The position numbers were made by a program, and so were the translations under genes. Below, one piece after another: positions 10,270 through 19,299 of a stretch of 64,000 nucleotides of DNA. Under the pieces are notes generated by a model. It had not been told where the DNA came from. It searched no databases and saw nothing but the letters and a program-made list of their open reading frames with translations. Every line of letters starts with the position of its first letter. Within the stretch, counting starts at the first letter, position 1. This stretch comes from Pirellulales bacterium (GTDB taxonomy: Bacteria > Planctomycetota > Planctomycetia > Pirellulales > Lacipirellulaceae), in the NCBI GenBank assembly GCA_022448265.1, contig JAKVCC010000007.1, positions 94,791-158,790 of the forward strand, given 5' to 3'.

Positions 10270-10962
10270 ATGTTGCGCATCCTCGTTGTGTGCTGTATTG
10301 CAGCTGGACTACCGCTTTTTTCCTGGGACCCAATCATTGTCGTGGAGGCGGCGGCTGCTGATGTGAATAGCTTGCCGCTTTTGTTTAGCGAGGACTTCGA
10401 AAACGGTGTCGACCGCTGGGAGATCTTCGATTCGAAATCGTGGCGTCTGGCTGAACGCAAGGACAACACAACATTTGAAATCACCACGACCGAGAGCGAG
10501 TACGCGCCGCAAGTCCGCAGTCCGAAACATATCGCGCTGATCAAGGATCTGTACGTTGATGACTTTGTATTGGAATTCAAGGTCCGCAGTACCCGAGACA
10601 CGGGCAATCATCGGGATTGTTGCGTGTTCTTTTCCTTCGGTGACCGCACGCACTTTTATTACGTACACCTGGGCGCCCAGCCCGACCCAGCCAGCGGACA
10701 AATCATGATCGTCGACAATGGGCCGCGCCGTCCACTGACCAAAAACGAGCGGCGCACTCCTTGGGACGACAGTTGGCATGCAGTGCGCCTGACCCACGAG
10801 GTGAAGTCCGGCAGGATCAAGATTTATTTTGACGACATGACCAAGCCGCACATGGAAACGCAAGACGCGACCTTCCGGGGCGGCAGACTGGGCATCGGCT
10901 CTTTCGACGACCTCAACGAGTTTGATGATCTGCGAGTTTACGGAAATCGCAGCGCCAAATAA
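10270..10962 (+). CDS. Secreted hypothetical protein, concanavalin-like/DUF1080 (family 16 glycoside hydrolase-like) fold
   Basis: GGAGG RBS, signal peptide, LLFSEDFE, DFVLEFKV, FYYVHLG, WHAVRL and GRLGIGSFDD...FDDLRVY pattern. Confidence 0.65.
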   Translation: MLRILVVCCIAAGLPLFSWDPIIVVEAAAADVNSLPLLFSEDFENGVDRWEIFDSKSWRLAERKDNTTFEITTTESEYAPQVRSPKHIALIKDLYVDDFVLEFKVRSTRDTGNHRDCCVFFSFGDRTHFYYVHLGAQPDPASGQIMIVDNGPRRPLTKNERRTPWDDSWHAVRLTHEVKSGRIKIYFDDMTKPHMETQDATFRGGRLGIGSFDDLNEFDDLRVYGNRSAK

Positions 10963-11445
10963 TTGGTTGGCCGAGACGTTCTATCTCCATCGCTAGCCTC
11001 GAGCTATTCTCTCTTCCCGGCACCGTCGGTGAAGTCCTTTACGCAAGCGAATTAAAAGGTCCTATACAACCGCAACAGCCTGACGTGCGATTCTACCCAA
11101 GCCCACCAAGAGCCTTTGGTCGCAAATCAAGGCAGAGGACGTCTCCGGCCCCGGAGCGTGCAAAAGCCTCAAGTCGCTGCCTCTTGAATTGACAGCTTAG
11201 AGAAACTGGGGCGGGCGTCATCTCAACACCTGGGTGCTGTCTACCGGAACCGGGCATCATCACAACATGGCAGAAGTCCCTACGCCCGTTACTTCCAAGG
11301 ACCAACGCTGATGCTTCCGGCGGATCCAACGGCTCCTTAGACACGTGGGGCTCGTATCGAGGGGGTATTGCAGCCAGGATCTGTGCCCGCACGATAAGCG
11401 TCACTCCAATTCCATTTCCGACAAAGTTCGTTCATAATCAAAACT

Positions 11446-12309
11446 ATGGCAAATAGTAAATCCAACCAGCAACCAATAGAAAATGTGCTGAACATCGCGG
11501 CATATAAGTTCACACCGCTAACGGGCCTGCAACAGCGTCGCGAGCCGCTGCGCCGGTTGTGTACGGCGCTTGAACTTAAAGGCACGATTCTACTCAGTCG
11601 CGAAGGAATTAATTTATTTGTGGCCGGCCAGCGCGAGGCCATCGACACCTTGCGCAACACTTTGGAGCAGGATACAGAAATTGGTCCGCTCGTTGTGAAG
11701 GAAAGCTGGAGTGTCGAGCAGCCCTTCAATCGCATGCTCGTGCGGCTCAAGAAAGAGATTATCGCTTTTGACGTTGAAGGGATCGACCCTGGCGCCGCAC
11801 CGTCGCGAAAGATCTCGGCTATGGAGCTCCAACGATGGCTCGACAACGGCCGCCGCCTGACCCTGCTCGATGTGCGAAATCAGTACGAAGTCCGGCTGGG
11901 AACCTTCCAAGACGCCGTCACACTGCCAATTGATCACTTCCGGCAGTTTCCTGCCGTTGCCAAGCAGTTGCCTGAAGAGGCGAAGGGGCAGCCGCTGGTG
12001 ATGTTTTGTACGGGCGGCATCCGCTGCGAAAAAGCGGGGCCCTATCTTGAGCGGGAGGGTTTTGAAGAAGTCTATCAGCTCGAAGGGGGTATCTTGAAGT
12101 ACTTCGAGCAATGCGGCAAGCAATATTTTGAAGGAGAATGCTTCGTTTTTGATAAACGCACCGCGCTCGACGGCGAGTTGGCAGAAACCGCCACAACAAT
12201 CTGCTTTGCCTGCCAAAATCCGCTTACTGTGGACGAACAGGCCTCACCGCACTATGTGCCAGGTGAGTCATGCCCTTATTGCTCCGACAGGCAAACTGTT
12301 TCCGAGTAG
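11446..12309 (+). CDS. trhO: tRNA uridine(34) hydroxylase (UPF0176 rhodanese-domain protein)
   Basis: [63 protein letters not shown] and GECFVFDKR. Confidence 0.88.
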   Translation: MANSKSNQQPIENVLNIAAYKFTPLTGLQQRREPLRRLCTALELKGTILLSREGINLFVAGQREAIDTLRNTLEQDTEIGPLVVKESWSVEQPFNRMLVRLKKEIIAFDVEGIDPGAAPSRKISAMELQRWLDNGRRLTLLDVRNQYEVRLGTFQDAVTLPIDHFRQFPAVAKQLPEEAKGQPLVMFCTGGIRCEKAGPYLEREGFEEVYQLEGGILKYFEQCGKQYFEGECFVFDKRTALDGELAETATTICFACQNPLTVDEQASPHYVPGESCPYCSDRQTVSE

Positions 12310-12393
12310 ATTGCCGCTGCAACTCGCTCGCGATTTCGTTACACTTGGCACGCAGTCATCACCTCCCCGCTCCCAAACTTGGCAGCGATCTCT

Positions 12394-14466
12394 ATGAGCG
12401 AATCCGACAACGTTGTGCGGGCAACTACCGCAGCACCATCTAGCGCCCCACAAAAATGCAAATACCTCACTGCGCCGTTGCCATCGGAAAAAATGCCGAA
12501 AGGCATCCCGTACATTATCGGCAACGAGGCCGCAGAGCGGTTCAGCTACTACGGCATGCGGACAATTCTCGTTATTTTCATGACGCGATATTTGCACTAC
12601 ATGGTCGATGGCGAATTCGGCACTGCTATGAGCAAAGCCGAAGCCAACGAGTATTACCACGACTTTGTGGCTGCAACTTATTTCTTTCCCGTCTTGGGAT
12701 CGTTCTTATCTGACATTTTTATTGGCAAGTACCGTACGATTCTTTGGTTGTCGATCGTCTATTGCCTGGGGCACTTGGCGCTGGCATTGATGGGCGGGGC
12801 CGGACTAGAACCAGGAACGTGGTTGGTGCTCGGCTTGTTCCTTATCGCTTTTGGTAGTGGAGGCATTAAGCCCTGCGTTTCAGCGCACGTCGGCGATCAG
12901 TTCGGAGCGAAGAACAGCCACCTCATGTCGCGCGTGTTTCAGTGGTTCTACTTTGCGATTAATCTTGGATCCACCGTCTCAACCGTCATGACGCCACTGT
13001 TGCTTAAATGGTACGGTCCACACATAGCGTTCGGCGTACCCGGCGTATTGATGGCACTGGCCACTTTGGTGTTTTGGATGGGACGCAATGTTTTTGTGCA
13101 CGTCCCACCGGGTGGGTTGGGATTTTTCAAAGAAACCTTCAGCAGAGAAGGGCTATCCGCGGTTCTAAAGCTGACCATTATCTACGCCTTCGTTGCCGTC
13201 TTTTGGAGTTTGTTTGACCAAACCGGGTCTTCGTGGGTACTGCAAGCGGAAAACATGGATCGAAATTTTCTTGGCATCAACTGGCTTGAGTCGCAAATCC
13301 AAGCTATCAATCCCATCCTCGTGATGATTTTGATTCCGCTATTTCAGTTTGTAATTTATCCAACTGCGAATCGGGTTTTCACGCTAACTCCAATACGTAA
13401 AATTTCCATCGGTTTGTTTCTAGCCGCGGCCGGTTTTTGGATGATTGCGCTGGCACAAGCGCTGATTGACAAAGGCGAAGTCCCGTCGATCGCCTGGCAA
13501 CTCTACGCCTATGTACTGCTCACCTGTGCGGAGGTGATGATCTCCATTACGGGTTTGGAGTTTTCCTACACGCAGGCCCCTAAGAAAATGAAGTCGGTGG
13601 TAATGGCCCTTTGGCTATTCTCTGTATCGCTTGGAAATCTTTTTGCCAGTGGAGTTAATCATTTCATCCAAGTGCCCGGTATCAATCAGATAGCAAGAGA
13701 AATCAAGACTTTAGACCCTGGCACTGAAACAACGATTGGACTTTGGCATATCGCTACCGAAAATCGCCCCACAGACGGGCCGGAGGAGAATTCCGAAAAA
13801 CGTGCAAAACTCATACGAGTGAGTGGCCCGGACCTGGAGTTTGGTAGTCCAGACGACGTGGTCTTGATGTTTGATGGCTTCAACGTTCTCAAAAATGTCC
13901 GGACAGGTGAGAATCAGGCCTTGGCCAGTGCCTCAAAGCTGATTGAAAAAGCCTTCTTCGAATCCGCTGACGCCGCCCATGAAGGCCGACTACCCCGCGA
14001 GAAAGACGGGCAACGTCTGATTGCTGATGCCGCCGACTCCTCAGGGCTATCGCTTACTTACAAACAGTTGTCCAGAAATGACTATCGTATCACTTCTGCG
14101 GGTTTCGATCGCAAGTTGGGCACGCAATGGGATGTACACCTCCAAGCGCATGTAAGCCGCCAGGATCCCGCGGAGAGCGCTTCCGATGTTGAAAATACTC
14201 CTTACGACTGGTTGGAGAATAGGATCATCGAGATTCGAGGTGACGAAGGTGAACAAGAAGTCAAGCGCCGACGGGGAGAACTTTCCGAGACGAAGATTGA
14301 CTTTGCCATTACGGTTGGCGGGCAGGACACATTGGAGGGCGCCGCTTATTTCATGTTTTGGACTTATGCAGTGCTGACCACCGCCATACTGTTCATACCG
14401 GTGGGGTATTTCTACAAGGAAAAGTCTAATATCCAAAATGGGAACGCGGGGCAAGAGAATGCGTAG
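12394..14466 (+). CDS. POT/PTR-family proton-dependent oligopeptide transporter with a large soluble insertion
   Basis: [12 protein letters not shown] (ExxERF motif), [34 protein letters not shown] and [15 protein letters not shown]; about 220 aa inserted before the last TM helix. Confidence 0.93.
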   Translation: MSESDNVVRATTAAPSSAPQKCKYLTAPLPSEKMPKGIPYIIGNEAAERFSYYGMRTILVIFMTRYLHYMVDGEFGTAMSKAEANEYYHDFVAATYFFPVLGSFLSDIFIGKYRTILWLSIVYCLGHLALALMGGAGLEPGTWLVLGLFLIAFGSGGIKPCVSAHVGDQFGAKNSHLMSRVFQWFYFAINLGSTVSTVMTPLLLKWYGPHIAFGVPGVLMALATLVFWMGRNVFVHVPPGGLGFFKETFSREGLSAVLKLTIIYAFVAVFWSLFDQTGSSWVLQAENMDRNFLGINWLESQIQAINPILVMILIPLFQFVIYPTANRVFTLTPIRKISIGLFLAAAGFWMIALAQALIDKGEVPSIAWQLYAYVLLTCAEVMISITGLEFSYTQAPKKMKSVVMALWLFSVSLGNLFASGVNHFIQVPGINQIAREIKTLDPGTETTIGLWHIATENRPTDGPEENSEKRAKLIRVSGPDLEFGSPDDVVLMFDGFNVLKNVRTGENQALASASKLIEKAFFESADAAHEGRLPREKDGQRLIADAADSSGLSLTYKQLSRNDYRITSAGFDRKLGTQWDVHLQAHVSRQDPAESASDVENTPYDWLENRIIEIRGDEGEQEVKRRRGELSETKIDFAITVGGQDTLEGAAYFMFWTYAVLTTAILFIPVGYFYKEKSNIQNGNAGQENA

Positions 14467-14546
14467 ATCGTTTGCCCAACGGACCCACCCTCATAACATT
14501 TCCCCGCCCTATTGGATTGCGCGGAGGCGATGTCCGCAAAGGCAAA

Positions 14547-16070
14547 TCACCTTGTCCACGCGAGCCACCTGTTAAACATCGATTTAACAAACGGCGTCAG
14601 CCGGGTACGGCTATATTGATCGCCGATCTTGCGAATTGCCTCCGCCTGGGTTGGATAGGGGTGAATCGTGTTAGCAATCTTTTTGAGCCCCAATCCGTGG
14701 GTCATCGCTTGGGAAATCTGCGAAATCATATCACCCGCATTCGGAGCCACGATGGTGCAACCAAGGATCTTGTCGGTCCGCGGTTGCAGATGGATCCGCA
14801 CGAATCCCTCCGTTTCGCCCTCCAGTATGGCCCGATCGACTCCGCTGAACTCTTGGGTGAAAGTTTGCACGCTGATGTCTCGATCCATAGCTTCTTGGAA
14901 AGAGAGGCCTACATGGGCGATTTCTGGCGTCGTGTAGGTCGCCCAGGGAATCACAAGCCGGCTCGCTTTGGCGCGGCCGTGGAAGAGACTGTTTTGAATC
15001 ACAAGCCGCGCCATAAAGTCTGCGGCATGCGTAAATTTGTAGGGCGAACAGATGTCGCCTGCCGCGTAAATGCGGGGGTTGGTCGTTTGCAATAAATCGT
15101 TAACTTCCACCCCCGTACACGAGTCGTACGCCACGCCCACCTTATCAAGCCCCAGGCCATCGACGTTCGGAGTGCGTCCCACGGCGACGAGCAACTGGTC
15201 CACGGTCTGATCGTAGGTTTTGGCATGAGAATCGAGGGTTAGCCGAATGTCTCCCTCCGTGCCTGGTTTTAATTCCATGTTTCGTCCGCAGCACAATAGA
15301 CGAACGCCATCGGCAACGAGCGACTGCTTTACGATCTCGGCCGCGTCGGGGTCTTCACGGGGAAGAATCCCATGGGCCGCTTCCACAAGAAAGACCTCCG
15401 AGCCAAACAGGGCGAACGCCTGGGCCAATTCACACCCGATGGGACCTGCGCCGATCACGCCCAGTTTTCGCGGCAACTTAGTGAGCGAAAAAATCGATTC
15501 GTTGGTGAGATATTCTACCCGACCCAGCCCCGGGATAGGCGGAGCCGTAGCGCGGGCCCCCGTGGCAATCACCGCTCGCTTGAAACGCAGTGTCTGGTCG
15601 CCGACTTCGACAGTGCTGGACCCACTGAATTCACCTTGCCCGAAAAAAACATCAATACCCAAGTCCCGCAAACGAGCGGCTGAGTCGTGCATACCTATGC
15701 TGGCACGGAGTCGGCGCATCCGCTCCATAACCTGGGCAAAGTCGACCGCTGGGTGCTCGGCAACGTGCACGCCAAATCGGTCCGCATAGCGCACCGAGCG
15801 TGCAGCACGCGCTCCGCTGATGAGCGCCTTGGATGGCACGCAGCCGACGTTCAGACAGTCGCCCCCCATCCATTGCCGTTCGACCAGCGCGATTTTCGCT
15901 CCCAAGCCTGCCGCGGCAACAGCGGTGACCAGCCCGGCAGTCCCGGCGCCAATCACAACCAGATTGTAGCGGCCGGCTGGGCGAGGGTTGATCCAATCGG
16001 GTGGATGGACATGGGCCTCCAACTCCCGGTTGTGCTCATCTAGCGGTTGTATACGTGGAAGGGTGGACAT
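14547..16070 (-). CDS. Pyridine nucleotide-disulfide oxidoreductase (dihydrolipoamide dehydrogenase/mercuric reductase-like, not true MerA)
   Basis: GAGTAG FAD site, GGDCLNVGCVPSK redox disulfide, GAGPIG NAD site, IYAAGD and HPYPTQAE; no C-terminal Cys-Cys and no HMA domain. Confidence 0.85.
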   Translation of the reverse strand: MSTLPRIQPLDEHNRELEAHVHPPDWINPRPAGRYNLVVIGAGTAGLVTAVAAAGLGAKIALVERQWMGGDCLNVGCVPSKALISGARAARSVRYADRFGVHVAEHPAVDFAQVMERMRRLRASIGMHDSAARLRDLGIDVFFGQGEFSGSSTVEVGDQTLRFKRAVIATGARATAPPIPGLGRVEYLTNESIFSLTKLPRKLGVIGAGPIGCELAQAFALFGSEVFLVEAAHGILPREDPDAAEIVKQSLVADGVRLLCCGRNMELKPGTEGDIRLTLDSHAKTYDQTVDQLLVAVGRTPNVDGLGLDKVGVAYDSCTGVEVNDLLQTTNPRIYAAGDICSPYKFTHAADFMARLVIQNSLFHGRAKASRLVIPWATYTTPEIAHVGLSFQEAMDRDISVQTFTQEFSGVDRAILEGETEGFVRIHLQPRTDKILGCTIVAPNAGDMISQISQAMTHGLGLKKIANTIHPYPTQAEAIRKIGDQYSRTRLTPFVKSMFNRWLAWTR

Positions 16071-16112
16071 GTTCAGAGTTTCCTCCGCGACAAGATGGGT
16101 GAGCCGTACGGG

Positions 16113-16877
16113 CTAGATCGCGTCCTCCGCCGGCACGCATTCGCGTATTGCAGCGCGGGCGATACGCGTCACGTAAACGGTGACGATCACCGTGGCGATT
16201 AGACCGACAAGAAGCAACACTTTTTGGGCCGTGCCCCCTTCAAATTGCCCGCCGACCAAATCAGCGACGGTCTTAATAGCCGTGCCGAAGTAAATATACA
16301 TCAGCGTTCCAGGGAACATGCCAATCCAACTGGCCAAGAAATAGTCGCGTGTGCGGACACCGGTGATGCTAAACAGATAGTTCAGCACGTTGAATGGAAA
16401 GGCGGGCGACAATCGCGTGAGCAGTACAATCTTGAATCCTGAACGCTGGACCGCTCGGTCAATCGCGGCAAATGCGGGGAATTCGCTCGCCTTGTGTTCG
16501 ACATAGTCACGTCCCAACGTCCGACCTAAAAGAAAAGCGGCGATTGCGCCCAGTACGCTGCCGACCGACACGGCAATCATGCCTTGCACCAACCCAAAAG
16601 CAAATCCGGCTCCGAGTGTGAGAATTAGGCCTGGCACCATCAACACCGTCGCAACGACGTAGGCCAGTGCCAGCAACACGGGACCCCACACACCCAACGA
16701 TTGTACGTACCCGAGAAACTGCCCGATCAGGCCATTGACGGGAAAAAATGTGAATACCGTAGCCAGGCCTAGAACGATAGCCACTAAGGCCGTCAACCGA
16801 ACAGGGCCGCCCCCGCCCACAACCGCAGTTTGCCCTTCGACATCGTTTGGCGCCGGAAGGAAAGCGGTGTCACCCAC
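16113..16877 (-). CDS. TVP38/TMEM64 (SNARE-associated, DedA superfamily) membrane protein
   Basis: LMVPGLILTLGAGFAFG, GSVLGAIAAFLLGR, LLTRLSPAFPFNVLNY and YFLASWIGMFPGT. Confidence 0.9.
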   Translation of the reverse strand: MGDTAFLPAPNDVEGQTAVVGGGGPVRLTALVAIVLGLATVFTFFPVNGLIGQFLGYVQSLGVWGPVLLALAYVVATVLMVPGLILTLGAGFAFGLVQGMIAVSVGSVLGAIAAFLLGRTLGRDYVEHKASEFPAFAAIDRAVQRSGFKIVLLTRLSPAFPFNVLNYLFSITGVRTRDYFLASWIGMFPGTLMYIYFGTAIKTVADLVGGQFEGGTAQKVLLLVGLIATVIVTVYVTRIARAAIRECVPAEDAI

Positions 16878-17162
16878 GTTGTTGCATCCTTAAAAATCGC
16901 TTTGGAGACGGACCTCTGCTGATGACCTGATAGACGCTCAGCAGTCTTCGACCTTACCACGTTTTCCAGATAATGGGCCACCCGATCGTGAGCAGATTCA
17001 CCGTCAGGCAAAAATCATGCGACCCGGGAAAATCTCAGTCTGCCATAATTCTGCACGGAATGGTATTGAGTTGAAGAGCGGGTATCATAAAGGGGCCGGC
17101 AATACCCTAGGGGGCACCGCCTCAAGTGGGCATTCTCGATCCATTCCGAACGAAGGTAATTC

Positions 17163-18311
17163 ATGGCGTCCGTGACTCTGGAGCAAGTCTCAAAGGTGTA
17201 CCCGGGCGACGTTTACGCGGTCCGTCAGATAGATCTTGAGATCCAGGACGGTGAATTTCTCGTCCTTGTGGGCCCCTCGGGCTGTGGCAAGAGTACCACG
17301 CTCCGGATGATAGCCGGCCTGGAGACAATTTCCGGTGGCACACTAAAAATCGGCGGCGCGGTCGTAAACGATCTCCATCCCAAAGACCGTGACATTGCCA
17401 TGGTATTTCAAAACTATGCCTTGTATCCCCACATGACGGTTCGCCAAAACATGTCCTTTGCACTCAAAATGCGCAAAGTTGCCAAAGCCGAAATCAAGGA
17501 ACGAGTCGAGTGGGCTGCAGATATGCTCGATTTGAAAATGTTGCTCGGGCGCAAGCCCAAGGCGCTTTCTGGGGGACAGCGGCAGCGGGTCGCGCTCGGT
17601 CGAGCCATCGTCAGGCAACCGGCTGTTTTTTTATTTGACGAGCCTCTTTCCAACCTGGACGCCAAGCTCCGCGTGGAAACCCGCGCAGAAATCAAGCGAC
17701 TCCACCGCAAATTGGGGACGACAACGATCTACGTCACCCACGATCAGGAGGAGGCAATGACCCTGGGTGATCGCGTGGCACTGATGTGCGATGGTCTGGT
17801 GCGGCAGATCGACACCCCACTGAACATCTACCAGCAACCAGCAGACCGTTTTGTGGCCGGATTTATGGGCATGCCGCCGATGAATTTTTTGGAGGGCCAG
17901 CTCACTCGGCAACACGATACGGTATGTTTCACCACCGGCGACGCTTGCTTCCGACTAGACGAGGCGCCGGGCGAGTGGCTCGCCGGAGAAGCCCAGCGCG
18001 AGGTTATTGCGGGCATCCGGCCCGAGCATATCACGTTATCGGTCTCACCCCTGATCGAGAACGGTACTGCCGACAGCTTAGGACCTGGCATTGCCGCTAG
18101 CGTCCAGGGAATCGAACCCTTGGGCAGCACAATGGACGTAACCATCCTCACCACCGATGGGAATCGGCTTGTGTGCCGTGTTCCGGCGGCAGCCATGTCC
18201 GAAGGACGCGCCATCACAGCGCGGGTGGCTCCGCAGCACATCCACCTCTTCGAACCCAACACACCCGGCGACGCAGACGCCCCCGTCCGCTACGGCCGCA
18301 GCTTGCGCTAG
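17163..18311 (+). CDS. MalK/UgpC-type sugar ABC transporter ATP-binding protein
   Basis: GPSGCGKST, FQNYALYPHMTV, LSGGQRQRVALGRA, FLFDEPLSNLDAKLR, YVTHDQEEAM and a C-terminal TOBE/OB region. Confidence 0.95.
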   Translation: MASVTLEQVSKVYPGDVYAVRQIDLEIQDGEFLVLVGPSGCGKSTTLRMIAGLETISGGTLKIGGAVVNDLHPKDRDIAMVFQNYALYPHMTVRQNMSFALKMRKVAKAEIKERVEWAADMLDLKMLLGRKPKALSGGQRQRVALGRAIVRQPAVFLFDEPLSNLDAKLRVETRAEIKRLHRKLGTTTIYVTHDQEEAMTLGDRVALMCDGLVRQIDTPLNIYQQPADRFVAGFMGMPPMNFLEGQLTRQHDTVCFTTGDACFRLDEAPGEWLAGEAQREVIAGIRPEHITLSVSPLIENGTADSLGPGIAASVQGIEPLGSTMDVTILTTDGNRLVCRVPAAAMSEGRAITARVAPQHIHLFEPNTPGDADAPVRYGRSLR

Positions 18312-18323
18312 GGTGTGTGACAC

Positions 18324-18713
18324 TGACCTTCCCTCGGCGAAAAGCACCAGGGCATGCAAGAGAATCCGGCGCGGGCTTTAGCCTGGGAAGGATTTTTTTA
18401 AGATGGCAGAGAAACGTCATGGGATTGACGAGATTATCTCTATGTTGCGTCGATCCGATGCTAAACTCAGCAAGGGGAAGAAGGTCTCCAAGGTTTGCAA
18501 ACAGCTGGGGACCAAACAGCAAACTTGCTACCGCTGGCGAATCGACTACAACCACCCGCAATTCCCACAGTCCAATGGATTGCTAAACCCGCACGGTGTT
18601 TGCCGTTTACTGTTCTTCTTCAACTGGAGCCTACGGCCTCACTTCAAAAGAACAGCGGAACCCTTAACCCTGATTCTCTCGCTTAGACTGGTACGGAAAG
18701 CGGGATAAGGTTA
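18324..18713 (+). mobile_element. Internally deleted IS3-family element (MITE-like remnant)
   Basis: Imperfect terminal inverted repeats TGACCTTCCCTCGGCGAAAAGCACCAG (18324-18350) and CTGGTACGGAAAGCGGGATAAGGTTA (18688-18713). The orfA start (KRHGIDEIISMLRR...VCKQLG...CYRWR) is fused to the orfB tail (WRIDYNH, then frameshifted PHS.....VFA). Confidence 0.75.
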
Positions 18714-19036
18714 TCCCTGCTCCTGTATTTCGCCGTTTAATTTGCCCCTCAATATAGCAGCCCATAAAGTAGCCCCTGCGATTGTTGTGGGATGTCCGTC
18801 TGTACTCAAACCGACGAGTCGAACTCCCCTTGGGGCGAGAAGACATCCGCTATGCCATGGAAGACATAACCGGGCTGCGCCATTTGATTATTCGCACACC
18901 TCCGGCCCTGCTCTGAGAAGGTGCAGCGGTTATGTGGAATATAGAGGGTGAGGGTGCCCGTCGGCTTCCGCAGTCGACTGAGCAGTTCCTGCTAGCTTGC
19001 TGTCAGTGACATATGTCTGTACGGATTTTTCCGTCT

Positions 19037-19082
19037 CTTAACTGTCTCTTAACAGGAAATTAATACGTATTTTCCGTAAAAT
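19037..19082 (+). promoter_or_regulatory. Putative Pho box (11-bp-period CTTAAC repeats) plus -10 element
   Basis: CTTAAC at 19037 and 19048 and ATTAAT at 19059 give an exact 11-bp period; TAAAAT at 19077; upstream of a phosphate-selective porin. Confidence 0.6.
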
Positions 19083-19299
19083 TTCTCCAGACCCTAAAGA
19101 CAAAATTGCGGAATTGTCGACCCAAGTACTAGGTTTCCTGCAATCAGTGCTTTCGGAGTATTTGGCGCAGAACTTTTCTTTGTTATTGGCGGTATCAGCT
19201 GAAATATATGCACCAAAAAGTTCTTTGACTCAGATCCTCTGCACGACTTATGGATTTGAGTCACTCAGCTGTAAAAACAAAACCTGGGGACTAAAGTAC

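Noticed and set aside
14547-16070. Calling the flavoprotein merA
   Set aside because: No C-terminal Cys-Cys, no HMA domain, and no merR, merT or merP nearby.
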